A stretch of 62,657 nucleotides of DNA, the filler included, from Actinomycetota bacterium (lineage in GTDB: Bacteria; Actinomycetota; Actinomycetes; JAKEEW01): assembly GCA_046725875.1 (NCBI GenBank). It is 5 parts of 5 records of this genome, joined end to end, with 100 filler letters (N's around TTAATTAATTAA, not from the genome) between each part and the next. Parts side by side here need not be neighbours in the genome. Positions count along the whole stretch, not along the records: positions 47,663 to 55,736 come from JBKOZJ010000171.1; positions 55,837 to 62,657 come from JBKOZJ010000174.1; 3 more parts are not named here. One strand, written 5' to 3'. Positions 50,020 to 60,471 of this stretch are shown piece by piece (the first letter of the stretch is position 1; every line of letters starts with the position of its first letter). The position numbers were made by a program, and so were the translations under genes. The notes under the pieces are model-generated. The model worked only from the letters and a program-made list of their open reading frames with translations. It had not been told where the DNA came from and did not search any database.

Positions 50020-52473
50020 TCACCGACCCGGACGGGGGCCAAACAGGTCGTCGACCAGGGTCGGAGCTTGGGCAGACTCTGGCGGGGCAATCGGCAGCTG
50101 GCGGCCTGGCTCGGTAGGCGTCGACGCATCGGCGGCACGGTCCCTTGCAACGGCCGCCCTTTTGGCATGCCGGCCGCGCCGGCCCCGTCCCGGCTGCTCC
50201 ATGCGAACTCGGGGTAACGGCATGGTGCTCGCTGGATCGGCCGTGACATCGGTGGCCCCACCTTGGCGATCTTGTCCACCAGACCTGCCTCGCTGATCAG
50301 TACTGCGCTGTCCGCCAGACCGCTGCCGCCGGCTGGACCTACCTTGCCGGCGAGAGAAGTTCTGCCGACCGGACCCTGGCGCGCCCGCGGTTTCCACTGC
50401 CATCCGCTGCCGAGCCGCCGGCCACTGATCGCCGGCGCCCGGAGTCCTGCCCAAGAACATGCGGACCTGCTCCTGAACAGCGGCGGCCACCTGGGTCGGC
50501 TGGGCGGTCGCATCGACGACCGCATACCGCGCCGGCTCGGCCGCGGCGAGATCGAGGTAGGCCCGGCGCACCCGCTCGTGGAATTCCGCCGTCTCCGACT
50601 CCAGCCGATCGAGCCGAGCATCGCCAACCCGATGCAGGCCGATCTCGGGCGGTAGATCGAGCACGACGGTGAGGTCAGGCACGAGATCGTCGGTCGCCCA
50701 CCGGGACAGTCGGGTGACCTCCTCGACGGGGAGCGCCCGGCCCGCACCCTGATAGGCGATCGACGAATCGACGTACCGGTCAGAGATGACGATTGCGCCG
50801 CGCCTCAGTGCGGGGCGCACGATTGTACGAACGTGCTCGGCCCGGTCCGCGGCATAAAGCAACGCCTCGGCGCGTGGGGATATTGGTCCGGTGGAGGCGT
50901 CGAGCAGCACCCGGCGGAGCTGACGCCCGATGGCCGTCGCGCCCGGCTCGTAAGTAACCACCACCTCGTGCCCGTGGCCGCGCAGCCAATCGCCCAGCAG
51001 CTGTGCCTGGGTGGACTTGCCGGCGCCTTCACCACCTTCCAGCGCGATGAACAGCCCGCCGGATGGGCGCGGGTAGCCAGAGCCAGTGCCGTCACGGCCC
51101 GCCGGGTGCGGGCGCCGCGCCTCGGCGCGCACGGCGGCGAGCAGATCGCCGATGATCGGCATGCCCTTCCGGTCGTCCATCTGACGGTATGCGACGAGGC
51201 CGGATGCTGCTGCACCGAGGCCGGCGAAGAACAACGTGATTGCGGCGCCGTTGTAGGTGGCGGCCACGTTCGGGGTGACCTCGAAGCGGTGCAGGCCGAT
51301 CGTGCCCGAAACCAGCGGCGCGAGCCCGGTCACCGCGACCAGTGCGATCCGGACCAGGGACTGGAGAAACGCGAAGGTGCGCCCGCGAAGCTCGTCGCTC
51401 ACCTCTAGACCAACGAGTGTCTGGCCGATCACCCAAGCCATCCCGGCGAGTACGCCGAGGACCGCGGTCAGGAGCACGACAATCACGATGTTGCCCATCA
51501 GGGACAGCACGGCGAGAACGATGCCTGCGGCGAGGATCGTGAGGCCGAAGAGCCGCCGCCGGCTGAACCCGGACAGCAGGCGCGGACCGGCGAACATGCC
51601 AATCGCCAGGCCGAGGAAGAACGTGCCCACGAGAATGCCGAAGGCCGCGTCGCCGGCGCCAAGATCTCGGGCGAACGTGTTGGACAGACCGATTACGGCG
51701 CCGCCCGCCGCGAAGGCACCCAGCATGCCGATCACGACGCCGCGGACCACGGGTGTTGTCCCCACGAACTTCCAGCCGTCGACGAGGGTCCGCAGTGCGG
51801 ACGGTTCTTCCGCGACGGGTGTGCGTACCGCGGGGATGTGGAGTCTGGCGATGGTGAGCGCGGAGAAGAGGAAGGTCGCCGCGTTGAAATAGAGCGCCAG
51901 CTCCACCTCACTGTTCTCGAAGATCGACAGCCGGCTGGCCAGTAGCCCGGCGATAAGCGACAGGATCGTGAACAAACCCGCCGCGATCGGCGCGGTGCCG
52001 TACGTTGTGACGAGGGAAAGCTGGTTCGCCGCCTCGAGTCGATCGCGTGGTACCAGGTTGGGGACGGTCGCCTCCTTCGCCGGGATCCAGAACAGCGCCA
52101 GGATCTCGATGAGGAAGGTGGCCACGAACAGCCACCACAGCGTTCCGACGACGGGGATCGAGACGAAAAGCAGGGCCCGGCCGACGTCACAGGCGACCAT
52201 CGTCCACCGGCGGTCCAGCCGGTCGGCCACCACGCCGGCGATCGGCCCGAAGAGCACCGCCGGGACCAGCCGGAGCAGGAACACACCGGCAATCGCGAAG
52301 TTCTGCCCTGCGTAGCCCCCCTTGGACAGCACCGAGGCCATCGCGACCGTGGCGAACAGGCCCAGCCAATCGCCCAAGCTTGACAGGCCGAGCGCCGTCC
52401 ACAGCTTGCGGAACGGCGCGATCCGGAGCAGCCCACGCAGATCATGGACTGGCTCGACGGCCGGCATCGTCAC
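50020..52473 (-). CDS. tmk: MFS-domain/dTMP kinase fusion
   Basis: N-terminal MFS (GVVADRLDRR), then FIALEGGEGAGKSTQ, EALLYAADRAEH, DRYVDSSIAYQG. Confidence 0.93.
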   Translation of the reverse strand: MTMPAVEPVHDLRGLLRIAPFRKLWTALGLSSLGDWLGLFATVAMASVLSKGGYAGQNFAIAGVFLLRLVPAVLFGPIAGVVADRLDRRWTMVACDVGRALLFVSIPVVGTLWWLFVATFLIEILALFWIPAKEATVPNLVPRDRLEAANQLSLVTTYGTAPIAAGLFTILSLIAGLLASRLSIFENSEVELALYFNAATFLFSALTIARLHIPAVRTPVAEEPSALRTLVDGWKFVGTTPVVRGVVIGMLGAFAAGGAVIGLSNTFARDLGAGDAAFGILVGTFFLGLAIGMFAGPRLLSGFSRRRLFGLTILAAGIVLAVLSLMGNIVIVVLLTAVLGVLAGMAWVIGQTLVGLEVSDELRGRTFAFLQSLVRIALVAVTGLAPLVSGTIGLHRFEVTPNVAATYNGAAITLFFAGLGAAASGLVAYRQMDDRKGMPIIGDLLAAVRAEARRPHPAGRDGTGSGYPRPSGGLFIALEGGEGAGKSTQAQLLGDWLRGHGHEVVVTYEPGATAIGRQLRRVLLDASTGPISPRAEALLYAADRAEHVRTIVRPALRRGAIVISDRYVDSSIAYQGAGRALPVEEVTRLSRWATDDLVPDLTVVLDLPPEIGLHRVGDARLDRLESETAEFHERVRRAYLDLAAAEPARYAVVDATAQPTQVAAAVQEQVRMFLGRTPGAGDQWPAARQRMAVETAGAPGSGRQNFSRRQGRSSRRQRSGGQRSTDQRGRSGGQDRQGGATDVTADPASTMPLPRVRMEQPGRGRRGRHAKRAAVARDRAADASTPTEPGRQLPIAPPESAQAPTLVDDLFGPRPGR

Positions 52474-52600
52474 GCGATCAGCCTAGCCAGCCGGCCCGAC
52501 GGTTATCCGGGTTAGCTTGATGGTGCTTGGCGGCGGCCCACGGATCCCGCGGCCGGCAGCTCCTGCCGTTGATCGTGGCGCGAGCGCGGTTCGCCCCTGA

Positions 52601-55378
52601 TCAGGCCTTGGTCGACTTGCGCGCCGTCGTGGACTTGCGGGCAGTGTTCGACTTGCCGGTGCTTGACTTGCGTGCGGTGCTCGACTTGCGGGCGGTGGTC
52701 GACTTGCGGGCGGTGGTCGATTTCCGGGTACGCGGAGTCGCCGGACCCCGGGCCCGCCGCTCGGCGAGCAGTTCGACCGCGCGCGCGGCGGTGACCGTCG
52801 CCGGGTCGACGCCGCGCGGCAGGCTCGCGTTGGTCTCGCCGTCGGTGACATAAGGCCCGTAGCGGCCGGACCTCAAGACGATCGGCTTGCCGCTGACTGG
52901 GTCGGCGCCGCACTCCGCGAGTGGCTCGGCAGCAGCCGCTCGACCCCGCGCGGCGCCGCGGCCGCGCGGCTGGGCGAGCAGTGCCAGCGCCTCGTCCAAG
53001 GTCACGGTGAAGAGCTGCTCCTCGCTCTCCAGCGACCGAGACTCCGAACCCTTCTTGACGTAGGGGCCGTACCGTCCGTTTTGGGCGATGACCTCCTCGC
53101 CGTCCGGCGCGGTGTCGAGGACCCGGGGGAGGGACAGCAGCCGCAGCGCGTCCTCGAGCGTGACGATGTCCAGGGACATGGATTTGAAGAGCGAGCCGGT
53201 ACGCGGCTTTGCCGACGGTGGTGCGTCCTCGGGAAGCAGCTCGGTCACATAGGGCCCGTACCGCCCGGACCGCGCGACGATCGTCCGGCCCGACTCCGGG
53301 TCCGTACCAAGGATCTTGTCGCCGGACGGCGCGTCGAGGAGTTCCTGCGCCTTCTCCGGGGTCAGCTCGTCGGGCGCGAGGTCGGCGGGCAGGTTGACCC
53401 GCTGATCGCCGCGCTCGAGGTAGGGCCCATAGCGGCCGACCCGGACGACGGTGCCGTCTCCGACCGGGAAGGAGTTCACCTCGCGCGCGTCGATGTCGCC
53501 GAGGTCGGTGACCATCTCGTGCAGGCCCTCGTCGCCGTTCGTGCCGAAGTAAAACCGGCTCAACCATGGCACCGGCTCCGCTTCGCCGCGGGCGATGTCG
53601 TCGAGTACGTCCTCCATCCGCGCGGTAAAGGCGTAATCGACGAGGTGCCCGAAGTGCTTCTCGAGCAGGGTGACAACGGAGAATGCGAGGAAGGACGGCA
53701 CAAGCGCGGGACCCTTCTTCCACACGTAGCCCCGATCGAGGATCGTGCCGATGATCGACGCGTAGGTGGACGGGCGGCCGATGTCGCGAGCCTCGAGCTC
53801 GTTGACCAGGCTGGCCTCGGTGTAGCGGGCCGGTGGCCGGGTCTCGTGCGCCTCGGCGCCGAGCTCGACCACCGACAGCCGGTCGCCCTCCAAGACCTCC
53901 GGCAGCCGCCGCTCGCGGTCGTCGAGCTCGGCCTCTGGGTCATCCGACCCCTCCACGTACGCCTTCAGGAAGCCGGGGAAGGTGATGACCTTGCCGGTGG
54001 CGCCGAACTCCGCGTCCCGGCCGTCGGCGGCCCGGGCGCCAAGCCGCACCGATACCGATTGGCCGGTCGCATCCCTCATCTGCGAGGCAACCGTGCGCAT
54101 CCAGATCAGCTGGAACAGCTTGAACTCGTCGCCCCGAAGACCGGTCTGGGCCGGCGTGGGGAAGGTATCGCCGGCCGGGCGGATCGCCTCGTGCGCCTCC
54201 TGTGCACTGCGCACCTTGCTGTCGTAGCTGCGGGGCCGATCGGGCAGATATTGCGGCCCGTAGAGCTCGCGCGCCTGCGCCCGCGCGGCCTCGATCGCGG
54301 TTGCGGACAGTGTCGTCGAGTCGGTCCGCATGTATGTTATGTAGCCGTTCTCGTAGAGACGTTGTGCCACCTGCATGGTGCGCCCCGCGCCGAAGCCGAG
54401 CTTCCGCGACGCCTCCTGCTGCAGCGTCGTTGTACGGAACGGCGGATACGGCGCGCGACGGTAGGGCTTGCGCTCCACCCTTCGTACAAAGAACTCCGCA
54501 TCGCGCAGCCCGTCGGCGAGCGCCGCCGCGGCGTCGCCGTCAAGATGGAGTACGTCCCGCCCGCGCAGCGCGCCGTTCGGCGCAAAGTCCCGGCCGGTAG
54601 CCACCCGACGGCCGTCCAACGTCGTCAGCCGGGCCGGCAGCGTGGTCGGCTCGGCGGGGTCGCTGGCTTCCCGGCCGGTGTCGAAGATGCCGGTCAGATC
54701 CCAGTACGCGGCCGGTTTGAACGCCATCCGCTCCCGCTCGCGCTCCACGACCAGCCGGACGGCCACCGACTGGACCCGGCCCGCGGACAGCCGCGGCATG
54801 ACCTTCTTCCACAGGACCGGGGAGACCTCGTAGCCGTACAGGCGATCGAGGACGCGCCGGGTCTCCTGCGCATCGACGAGCTTGTGGTCGATATCCCGCG
54901 GGTTCTCCACCGCGTTCCGGATAGCGTGCGGGGTGATCTCGTGGAACACCATCCTGCGCACGGGGACCTTCGGTCTGAGCACCTCGGTGAGATGCCAGGC
55001 GATCGCCTCACCCTCGCGGTCCTCATCTGTCGCCAGCAGCAGCTCCGCGGCTCCGTCCAGCGCCTTCCTGAGCTTCGTAACCTGGGCCTTCTTGTCCGAC
55101 GGCACCACATACAGCGGTTCGAAGCCGTGCTCGACATCGACGCCGAGCCGCGCCCATGGCACTCTCTTGTACTTCGCCGGGATCTCTGCGGCGCTCGTCG
55201 GGAGGTCCCGGATGTGTCCGATGCTCGACTCCACGCTGTAGCCACGGCCGAGGTAGCCGGCGATCGTGCGAGCCTTTGCCGGCGACTCGACGATCACCAG
55301 GCTGCGGCCGGTGGCCGGGCCGGACGGCGTGCCGGTGGCCCGGCTGCCGTTGCGCTCACCGCTCGAGGGCACGTTCAT
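52601..55378 (-). CDS. topA: DNA topoisomerase I (type IA) with Lys/Arg-rich C-terminal repeats
   Basis: IVESPAKA, ATDEDREGEAI, SAGRVQS, GYITYMRTDS, QEAHEAIRP, GRYGPY repeats, (STTARK)n tail. Confidence 0.97.
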   Translation of the reverse strand: MNVPSSGERNGSRATGTPSGPATGRSLVIVESPAKARTIAGYLGRGYSVESSIGHIRDLPTSAAEIPAKYKRVPWARLGVDVEHGFEPLYVVPSDKKAQVTKLRKALDGAAELLLATDEDREGEAIAWHLTEVLRPKVPVRRMVFHEITPHAIRNAVENPRDIDHKLVDAQETRRVLDRLYGYEVSPVLWKKVMPRLSAGRVQSVAVRLVVERERERMAFKPAAYWDLTGIFDTGREASDPAEPTTLPARLTTLDGRRVATGRDFAPNGALRGRDVLHLDGDAAAALADGLRDAEFFVRRVERKPYRRAPYPPFRTTTLQQEASRKLGFGAGRTMQVAQRLYENGYITYMRTDSTTLSATAIEAARAQARELYGPQYLPDRPRSYDSKVRSAQEAHEAIRPAGDTFPTPAQTGLRGDEFKLFQLIWMRTVASQMRDATGQSVSVRLGARAADGRDAEFGATGKVITFPGFLKAYVEGSDDPEAELDDRERRLPEVLEGDRLSVVELGAEAHETRPPARYTEASLVNELEARDIGRPSTYASIIGTILDRGYVWKKGPALVPSFLAFSVVTLLEKHFGHLVDYAFTARMEDVLDDIARGEAEPVPWLSRFYFGTNGDEGLHEMVTDLGDIDAREVNSFPVGDGTVVRVGRYGPYLERGDQRVNLPADLAPDELTPEKAQELLDAPSGDKILGTDPESGRTIVARSGRYGPYVTELLPEDAPPSAKPRTGSLFKSMSLDIVTLEDALRLLSLPRVLDTAPDGEEVIAQNGRYGPYVKKGSESRSLESEEQLFTVTLDEALALLAQPRGRGAARGRAAAAEPLAECGADPVSGKPIVLRSGRYGPYVTDGETNASLPRGVDPATVTAARAVELLAERRARGPATPRTRKSTTARKSTTARKSSTARKSSTGKSNTARKSTTARKSTKA

Positions 55379-55736
55379 TCACTCCACAACCACCAGAAGA
55401 TCAGGACCAAGAGTGCACCCCGGAGGGGCACAAGTGTCAACCTGCCTCGGATCTGCGAACCGTAACGCAGGCCCACAGCTTCCTTATGCCGCTGCGCACG
55501 CCTTGCGATTGCCAATGGTGATGTACAGCTTCCGGCGCCTCACAGCAAAGTAGGACACAGCGTAGCCAGCTGTGCACCCGGGCCAGTGTCCCTCGCCACA
55601 AGTTCGCCGCGTATCTCCGCGCCCAGGCGGCGCCTCGCTGCGTTCTCGTCGTCGCCGTTAGCGCTGCTAGCGCCTCCTCCTCCTCCTCCTCGGCCTTGCG
55701 ATGCATCCACCTGACCACGAATCTACGCACCGAATT

Positions 55737-55836
55737 NNNNNNNNNNNNNNNNNNNNNNNNNNNNNNNNNNNNNNNNNNNNTTAATTAATTAANNNNNNNN
55801 NNNNNNNNNNNNNNNNNNNNNNNNNNNNNNNNNNNN
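55737..55836. other. Artificial contig linker
   Basis: N-run with central TTAATTAATTAA. Confidence 0.98.
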
Positions 55837-56356
55837 TATGCCGACGTGCCCGGGTCATGATTTGCCGGCAGTTATCGGGTTCCTTGCCGACCACCGCGGC
55901 GATGTCTTCGTACTCGTACTCGAAGACCTCGCGCAGGACGAAGACGGCCCGCTCCACCGGAGACAGACGCTCGAGCAGTGCGAGTACCGCCATCGACAGC
56001 GACTCATCCCGCTCCACCTCGTGCGCCGGATCCGCCCCGGGGTCGGTGAGGAGCGGCTCGGGCAGCCACGGGCCGACGTAAGCCTCCCGGCGCACCCGGG
56101 CCGAGCGGAGATGGTCAATGGCCAGCCGGGTGGTGACGGTCGCCGCGTATGCCTCTGGAGACCGCAGCGGCTCGGCGTTCGCACCTGACCCGGGGTCGAG
56201 CCGCCCACCTTGATAGAGCCTGAGGTACGCGTCCTGGACGATGTCCTCGGCCTCACTGACGCTGCCCACCATTCGGTAGGCGATCGAGAACATCAGCGGC
56301 CGCAGCTCGCCAAATGCATCGGTACCACTCCGGCCGGCCACGTCGGCGCCAGGCAC
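55837..56356 (-). CDS. ECF41 (SigJ-like) sigma-70 factor, 3' truncated
   Basis: FSIAYRMVGSVSEAEDIVQD, REAYVGPWLPEP linker, LSPVERAVFVLREVF. Confidence 0.9.
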
Positions 56357-56409
56357 GCATCGAACCTAGCGCGGTCGTGACCCGACCCGCCGAGTGTGAC
56401 CGACGTCAC

Positions 56410-56436
56410 TGTCACGGCGGTGGATGGGGCTCCGTC
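56410..56436 (+). promoter_or_regulatory. ECF41 target promoter
   Basis: TGTCACG-N16-CGTC upstream of the epimerase gene, divergent from the ECF41 gene. Confidence 0.75.
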
Positions 56437-56477
56437 GCAAGGGGGACGAATACCGATCCGTACGAGAGGCGAGAACG

Positions 56478-57419
56478 ATGAAGATCTTCGTTGCCGGTGC
56501 AACCGGCAACATCGGAACCCCGCTGGTGCCCATGCTCGTTCGCCGCGGCCACGATGTGGTCGGCACGACGCGGACGCCGGCCAAGGCAGACGCGCTGACC
56601 CGGCTCGGCGCCGAGCCGGTGATCGCCGATGGGCTGGACCGCAATGCCATGACGGCAGCGGTGCTGAAAGCCGAACCCGATGTCGTCCTCCACCAGATGA
56701 CCGCGCTCTCCGCAGGCATCAACCCCCGCAATATGGACCGGAGCTTCGCTTTGACCAACCGACTGCGGACGGAGGGCACGGACATCCTGCTCGATGCGGC
56801 ACGAAACGCCGGAGTCCGCAGAGTCGTGGCCCAGAGCTACGCCGGCTGGCCTTACGAGCGGACCGGCGGCCCGGTCAAGACCGAAGACGATCCGCTCACC
56901 AGGGACCCCTTCGCCGGGATGCGGTCGACCTTGGCCGCGATCAAGCATGTCGAGGCCGCGGTCCTGGCCGCGGACGGCATCGAGGGGCTCGTGCTGCGAT
57001 ATGGCGGCTTCTATGGCCCCGGGAGCATGACCGAGCCGAACTCCGAGACGATGACGATGCTCCGTAAGGGCCGCCTCCCGATTGTGGGCCGCGGCGGCGG
57101 CATCTGGTCGTTTGTCCACATCGACGATGCCGCAGCGGCGACGGTCGAAGCGACCGAGCATGGCGCGCCGGGGATCTACAACATCGTGGACGACGACCCA
57201 GCACCGGTCCGGGAGTGGCTGCCGGTCCTTGCCGCAGCGGTGGGCGCCAGACCACCGCGCCGCATGCCCGCCTGGCTCGGCCGGCTCGCGCTCGGTCCCA
57301 GCGGGTTCGCCATGATGACCGAGATCCGCGGCGCCTCGAACGCGAAGGCCAAGCGCGAACTCGGCTGGCAACCCGCTCACCCGAGCTGGCGGGACGGCTT
57401 TCGCACTGCGCTCGACTGA
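56478..57419 (+). CDS. NAD-dependent epimerase/dehydratase family oxidoreductase
   Basis: MKIFVAGATGNIG, LRYGGFYGPG, SFVHIDDAA, GIYNIVDD, SNAKAKRELGW. Confidence 0.9.
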   Translation: MKIFVAGATGNIGTPLVPMLVRRGHDVVGTTRTPAKADALTRLGAEPVIADGLDRNAMTAAVLKAEPDVVLHQMTALSAGINPRNMDRSFALTNRLRTEGTDILLDAARNAGVRRVVAQSYAGWPYERTGGPVKTEDDPLTRDPFAGMRSTLAAIKHVEAAVLAADGIEGLVLRYGGFYGPGSMTEPNSETMTMLRKGRLPIVGRGGGIWSFVHIDDAAAATVEATEHGAPGIYNIVDDDPAPVREWLPVLAAAVGARPPRRMPAWLGRLALGPSGFAMMTEIRGASNAKAKRELGWQPAHPSWRDGFRTALD

Positions 57420-57536
57420 GAGCGACTAGCGTCCGGCCACGTCGCCGTGGCCCAGATCGACAACCCACGATCGGTCGACCAGGCGCGGATTCGCGACTTG
57501 CGGGTCGCCGCCCGCCGCAGCACGCGGCCGGGCTGA

Positions 57537-57833
57537 TTACGGATGCCAGCGTGCCGCTGGCATGTCGACTCGATCACCGGTCGGACGCAGCGGGGTGCCG
57601 TCCGCGGTCAACCGCTTCAGCGCCTCGTGCTCGTAGCCCTGGACCGGCGAGCCGTCCGCGCGCACCACCCGCCACCACGGCACGGCCCCGCCGTGCAGCG
57701 CCATGACGCGACCGACCATCCGGGGCCCACCGCGGCCCAGATACTCCGCGATGTCGCCATACGCCATTACCCGCCCGGCCGGGATCCGGTCCACAACGTC
57801 GAGCACGGCGTCCACGAACTCCGTATCCGGCAT
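57537..57833 (-). CDS. Alkyltransferase-like protein (ATL, MGMT family)
   Basis: IPAGRVMAYGDIA..GPRMVG..VPWWRVV; Trp replaces the active-site Cys of PCHRV. Confidence 0.88.
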   Translation of the reverse strand: MPDTEFVDAVLDVVDRIPAGRVMAYGDIAEYLGRGGPRMVGRVMALHGGAVPWWRVVRADGSPVQGYEHEALKRLTADGTPLRPTGDRVDMPAARWHP

Positions 57834-57896
57834 ATCTGCAGAATGCCGGAGGCCACCGACGGATGCCGCGGACGGTTGGGGTGCCGCCGTCGACCC

Positions 57897-58000
57897 GTGG
57901 AGCAGAAGGTTGCGATCATTGGCGTTCGACCGAGCCGTGGACGTGTACGAGCGGACGGGAGTGGAATTCATCCGCCCATTCGGCCGCCGGCTCGTCGAGG
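57897..58000 (+). pseudogene. Possible N-terminal remnant of a class I SAM methyltransferase
   Basis: VEQKVAIIGV, frameshift, then FDRAVDVYERTGVEFIRPFGRRLVE; stops before motif I. Confidence 0.4.
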
Positions 58001-58047
58001 GACGGTGCGCTACACCGCCTCCGACGAGCCGGGGCGGGCGAGGTAGG

Positions 58048-59226
58048 TCAGTAGACCGGCTTGTCGGGCTCGATTTGGTTGACCCAGGCCACGACCCCAC
58101 CGCCCACGTGAACGGCGTTGCCGAATCCGGCGCCCTTCAGCACCGCCAGGCACTCCGCCGAGCGAGCGCCCGTCTTGCAGTGGAGGACGATCCGCTTGTC
58201 CTGAGGCATCCGGGCCAGCGCCCCGCCAGAGAGAAACTCGCCCTTCGGGATCAGCACCGAACCCGGGATCGAGACGATCTCGTACTCGTTCGGCTCGCGC
58301 ACGTCGACCAGGATGAAGTCGTCGCCGGCATCCATCATCGACTTGAGCTGCCGGACCGAGATGGTGGCGTCGCGAGCGGCGTCGGCAGCCTCCTCCGAGA
58401 TCACGCCGCAGAACGCCTCGTAGTCGATCAACTCGGTGACGGTGGGGTTCTTGCCGCAGACCGCGCACTCGGGGTCCTTGCGGACCTTGACCTCTCGGTA
58501 GGACATCTCCAGCGCGTCGTAGATCACGAGCCGGCCGACCAACGGCTCACCTATGCCGCTGATCAGCTTGATCGCCTCGTTGACCTGGATCGAGCCGACG
58601 GATGCGCACAGGACGCCAAGGACACCGCCTTCCGCGCAGGAGGGAACCATGCCCGGCGGCGGCGGTTCCGGATAGAGGCAGCGGTAGCACGGCCCATGCT
58701 CGGCCCAGAACACCGCTGCCTGACCGTCGAAGCGGTAGATCGAGCCCCAGACGTAGGGCTTGCCGAGCAAGACGCACGCGTCGTTGACGAGATAGCGCGT
58801 GGCGAAGTTGTCGGTGCCGTCGATGATTAGGTCGTACGGCCGGAAGATGTCCATCGCGTTCGAGGAGTCCAGCCGCGCTTCGTGCAGTACGACTTCGACG
58901 TGCGGGTTGATCTCGCGGACGCTGTCGCGCGCCGACTCGGCCTTCGACCGGCCGACGTCAGACTGGCCGTGGATGATCTGCCGCTGCAGATTGGACTCGT
59001 CGACCACGTCGAAGTCGACGATGCCTAGCGTGCCGACGCCGGCGGCTGCGAGATACATGAGCGCCGGCGAGCCGAGCCCACCCGCGCCGACGACCAGCAC
59101 CTTCGCGTTCTTGAGCCGCTTCTGCCCGGCCATGCCCACATCGGGGATGATCAGATGCCGGGAGTAGCGCCGGACCTCGTCGACAGTCAGCTCGGCAGCA
59201 GGTCCAACTAGCGGCGGCAAAGCCAC
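58048..59226 (-). CDS. moeZ: MoeZ/MoeB adenylyltransferase-rhodanese fusion
   Basis: RYSRHL, GAGGLGSP, DESNLQRQ, DGTDNF, CYRC, CAVC, rhodanese DVREPNE..HCKTGARS; GGAGG RBS before GTG 59226. Confidence 0.94.
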   Translation of the reverse strand: MALPPLVGPAAELTVDEVRRYSRHLIIPDVGMAGQKRLKNAKVLVVGAGGLGSPALMYLAAAGVGTLGIVDFDVVDESNLQRQIIHGQSDVGRSKAESARDSVREINPHVEVVLHEARLDSSNAMDIFRPYDLIIDGTDNFATRYLVNDACVLLGKPYVWGSIYRFDGQAAVFWAEHGPCYRCLYPEPPPPGMVPSCAEGGVLGVLCASVGSIQVNEAIKLISGIGEPLVGRLVIYDALEMSYREVKVRKDPECAVCGKNPTVTELIDYEAFCGVISEEAADAARDATISVRQLKSMMDAGDDFILVDVREPNEYEIVSIPGSVLIPKGEFLSGGALARMPQDKRIVLHCKTGARSAECLAVLKGAGFGNAVHVGGGVVAWVNQIEPDKPVY

Positions 59227-59296
59227 GTCGAGCCTCCAGGTCAGAGATGGCCACGTCGGATAGCCGGCTGCGGTACCGGCGGTCCCCGTACTCACC

Positions 59297-59323
59297 CAAC
59301 CCTGCCACCCGGGCTGGCATTCC
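59297..59323 (-). promoter_or_regulatory. SigR/SigH-type (thiol-oxidative stress) promoter upstream of moeZ
   Basis: GGAAT-N18-GTTG on the minus strand; moeB homologues are established SigR/SigH targets in actinomycetes. Confidence 0.75.
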
Positions 59324-59465
59324 TCCACGCGGACGACGCAAGCTGACCAACCCCACCCTGCCGCCCGACCACCTCGCTTCCCGGTGACATGTCGACGTCG
59401 AGCAACTTCCCAGGCGCGATCCCCGCGAGTTTTTGGAGCGAAGCGATCAAAACTTCGTGGGGTTC

Positions 59466-60383
59466 CTAGTCGGGGTATGGCCACGGGTTGGGCTTGCAAC
59501 CCTCGAGGCTCTTCGTCTGCTGGAGCATCACGGGAGCAAGCGCACCGCGCCGCGGGCAGCCGACATGGTCGTGGCCGAGGCCGTGACCGACCTCGTGGTT
59601 GATCACGTACTCCCGGTAGCTCAGGATGTCCGCCCCGTAGGTCTGCGCGCCTTGCCCCCATCGCTCGGCATTGATGACGGCGCGGCTGCCGTCCCAGCAC
59701 GAGACCTCGCCAAAGGTGCGCAGCGGGGAACACATGCGATCGGTAAGGGTGGCGCTCGACAGCGAGACTCGGATGCGCACCGGACCATGGTCGACCCGCT
59801 CGAACTGCATCCGCCCGCCACTCCCCCAGCTCCGCGGATCGTTGAGGACCGTGTGCACCGTCGCGGCGAACTCCCTGGGGTCGAAGGGCAGCCCGCGCTC
59901 CATCTCGACGATGTACTTCATGACAGGCCCGTCCGACCGCTCCGGCGGCCGCTGGGAGCCGGCAACGACTTGGTAGCTGCCGTTCCCGCGCTGTGGCGGG
60001 TCGACCGGCGCAGGCTGCTCGCGGCCGTTGACCACTTTCGCCACCCGCGGAGGGGTCGCCGTCGGCGTCTCGACGTTGCCCGACTCGCCTTGTACAAGTA
60101 CCTGATCACCGCCGCTCGACGCAGGAGCCGGCAGGTCGCCGGGGCGGGGCGACGGAGGATCGGCCTGGTCATCAACGCCGACGGGCAGATTGAACCCGAA
60201 CGTATCCACGTAAAAGATCGCGGCGATGGCGAGCGTACCCACGCCGAGCAGGTTCAGCAGTATGGCCGCGGCCGACCGGCGAGACCGCACCTCACTGTCG
60301 CGGAGAGATGACCGACCGGAGCGTCCAGGATCTACCGAAGTGCGCCGTGGCGGGCGCGGGTGAACTCGCCGGTGCTTGGGCAT
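59466..60383 (-). CDS. DUF3152 membrane-anchored zinc-metallopeptidase-like protein
   Basis: TM helix, LNDPRSW, YREYVINHEVGHGLGHDH, APVMLQQT, CKPNPWP. Confidence 0.88.
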   Translation of the reverse strand: MPKHRRVHPRPPRRTSVDPGRSGRSSLRDSEVRSRRSAAAILLNLLGVGTLAIAAIFYVDTFGFNLPVGVDDQADPPSPRPGDLPAPASSGGDQVLVQGESGNVETPTATPPRVAKVVNGREQPAPVDPPQRGNGSYQVVAGSQRPPERSDGPVMKYIVEMERGLPFDPREFAATVHTVLNDPRSWGSGGRMQFERVDHGPVRIRVSLSSATLTDRMCSPLRTFGEVSCWDGSRAVINAERWGQGAQTYGADILSYREYVINHEVGHGLGHDHVGCPRRGALAPVMLQQTKSLEGCKPNPWPYPD

Positions 60384-60471
60384 GAGGGCAGGAAGCTATC
60401 GAGCGGGCCGGACGGGGCGGCCGGGCGGCGGGATGGTGGTTCTCGATGACTCTAGTGGGTCTGGATCAGGA

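Noticed and set aside
52610..52725. 18-bp tandem repeats at the topA 3' end
   Set aside because: They encode the known Lys-rich C-terminal tail of actinobacterial TopA
53081..55465. Long antisense ORFs (e.g. 53081-55465, 20714-22708, 17654-18889, 48677-49756)
   Set aside because: Shadow frames of real genes in high-GC DNA with no recognisable motifs
55437..55730. ORF with poly-Glu (GAG repeats) upstream of topA
   Set aside because: No recognisable family, at a contig edge; cannot be supported as a gene
55837..57419. ECF41 plus epimerase pair as novel
   Set aside because: Matches the established ECF41 arrangement and promoter
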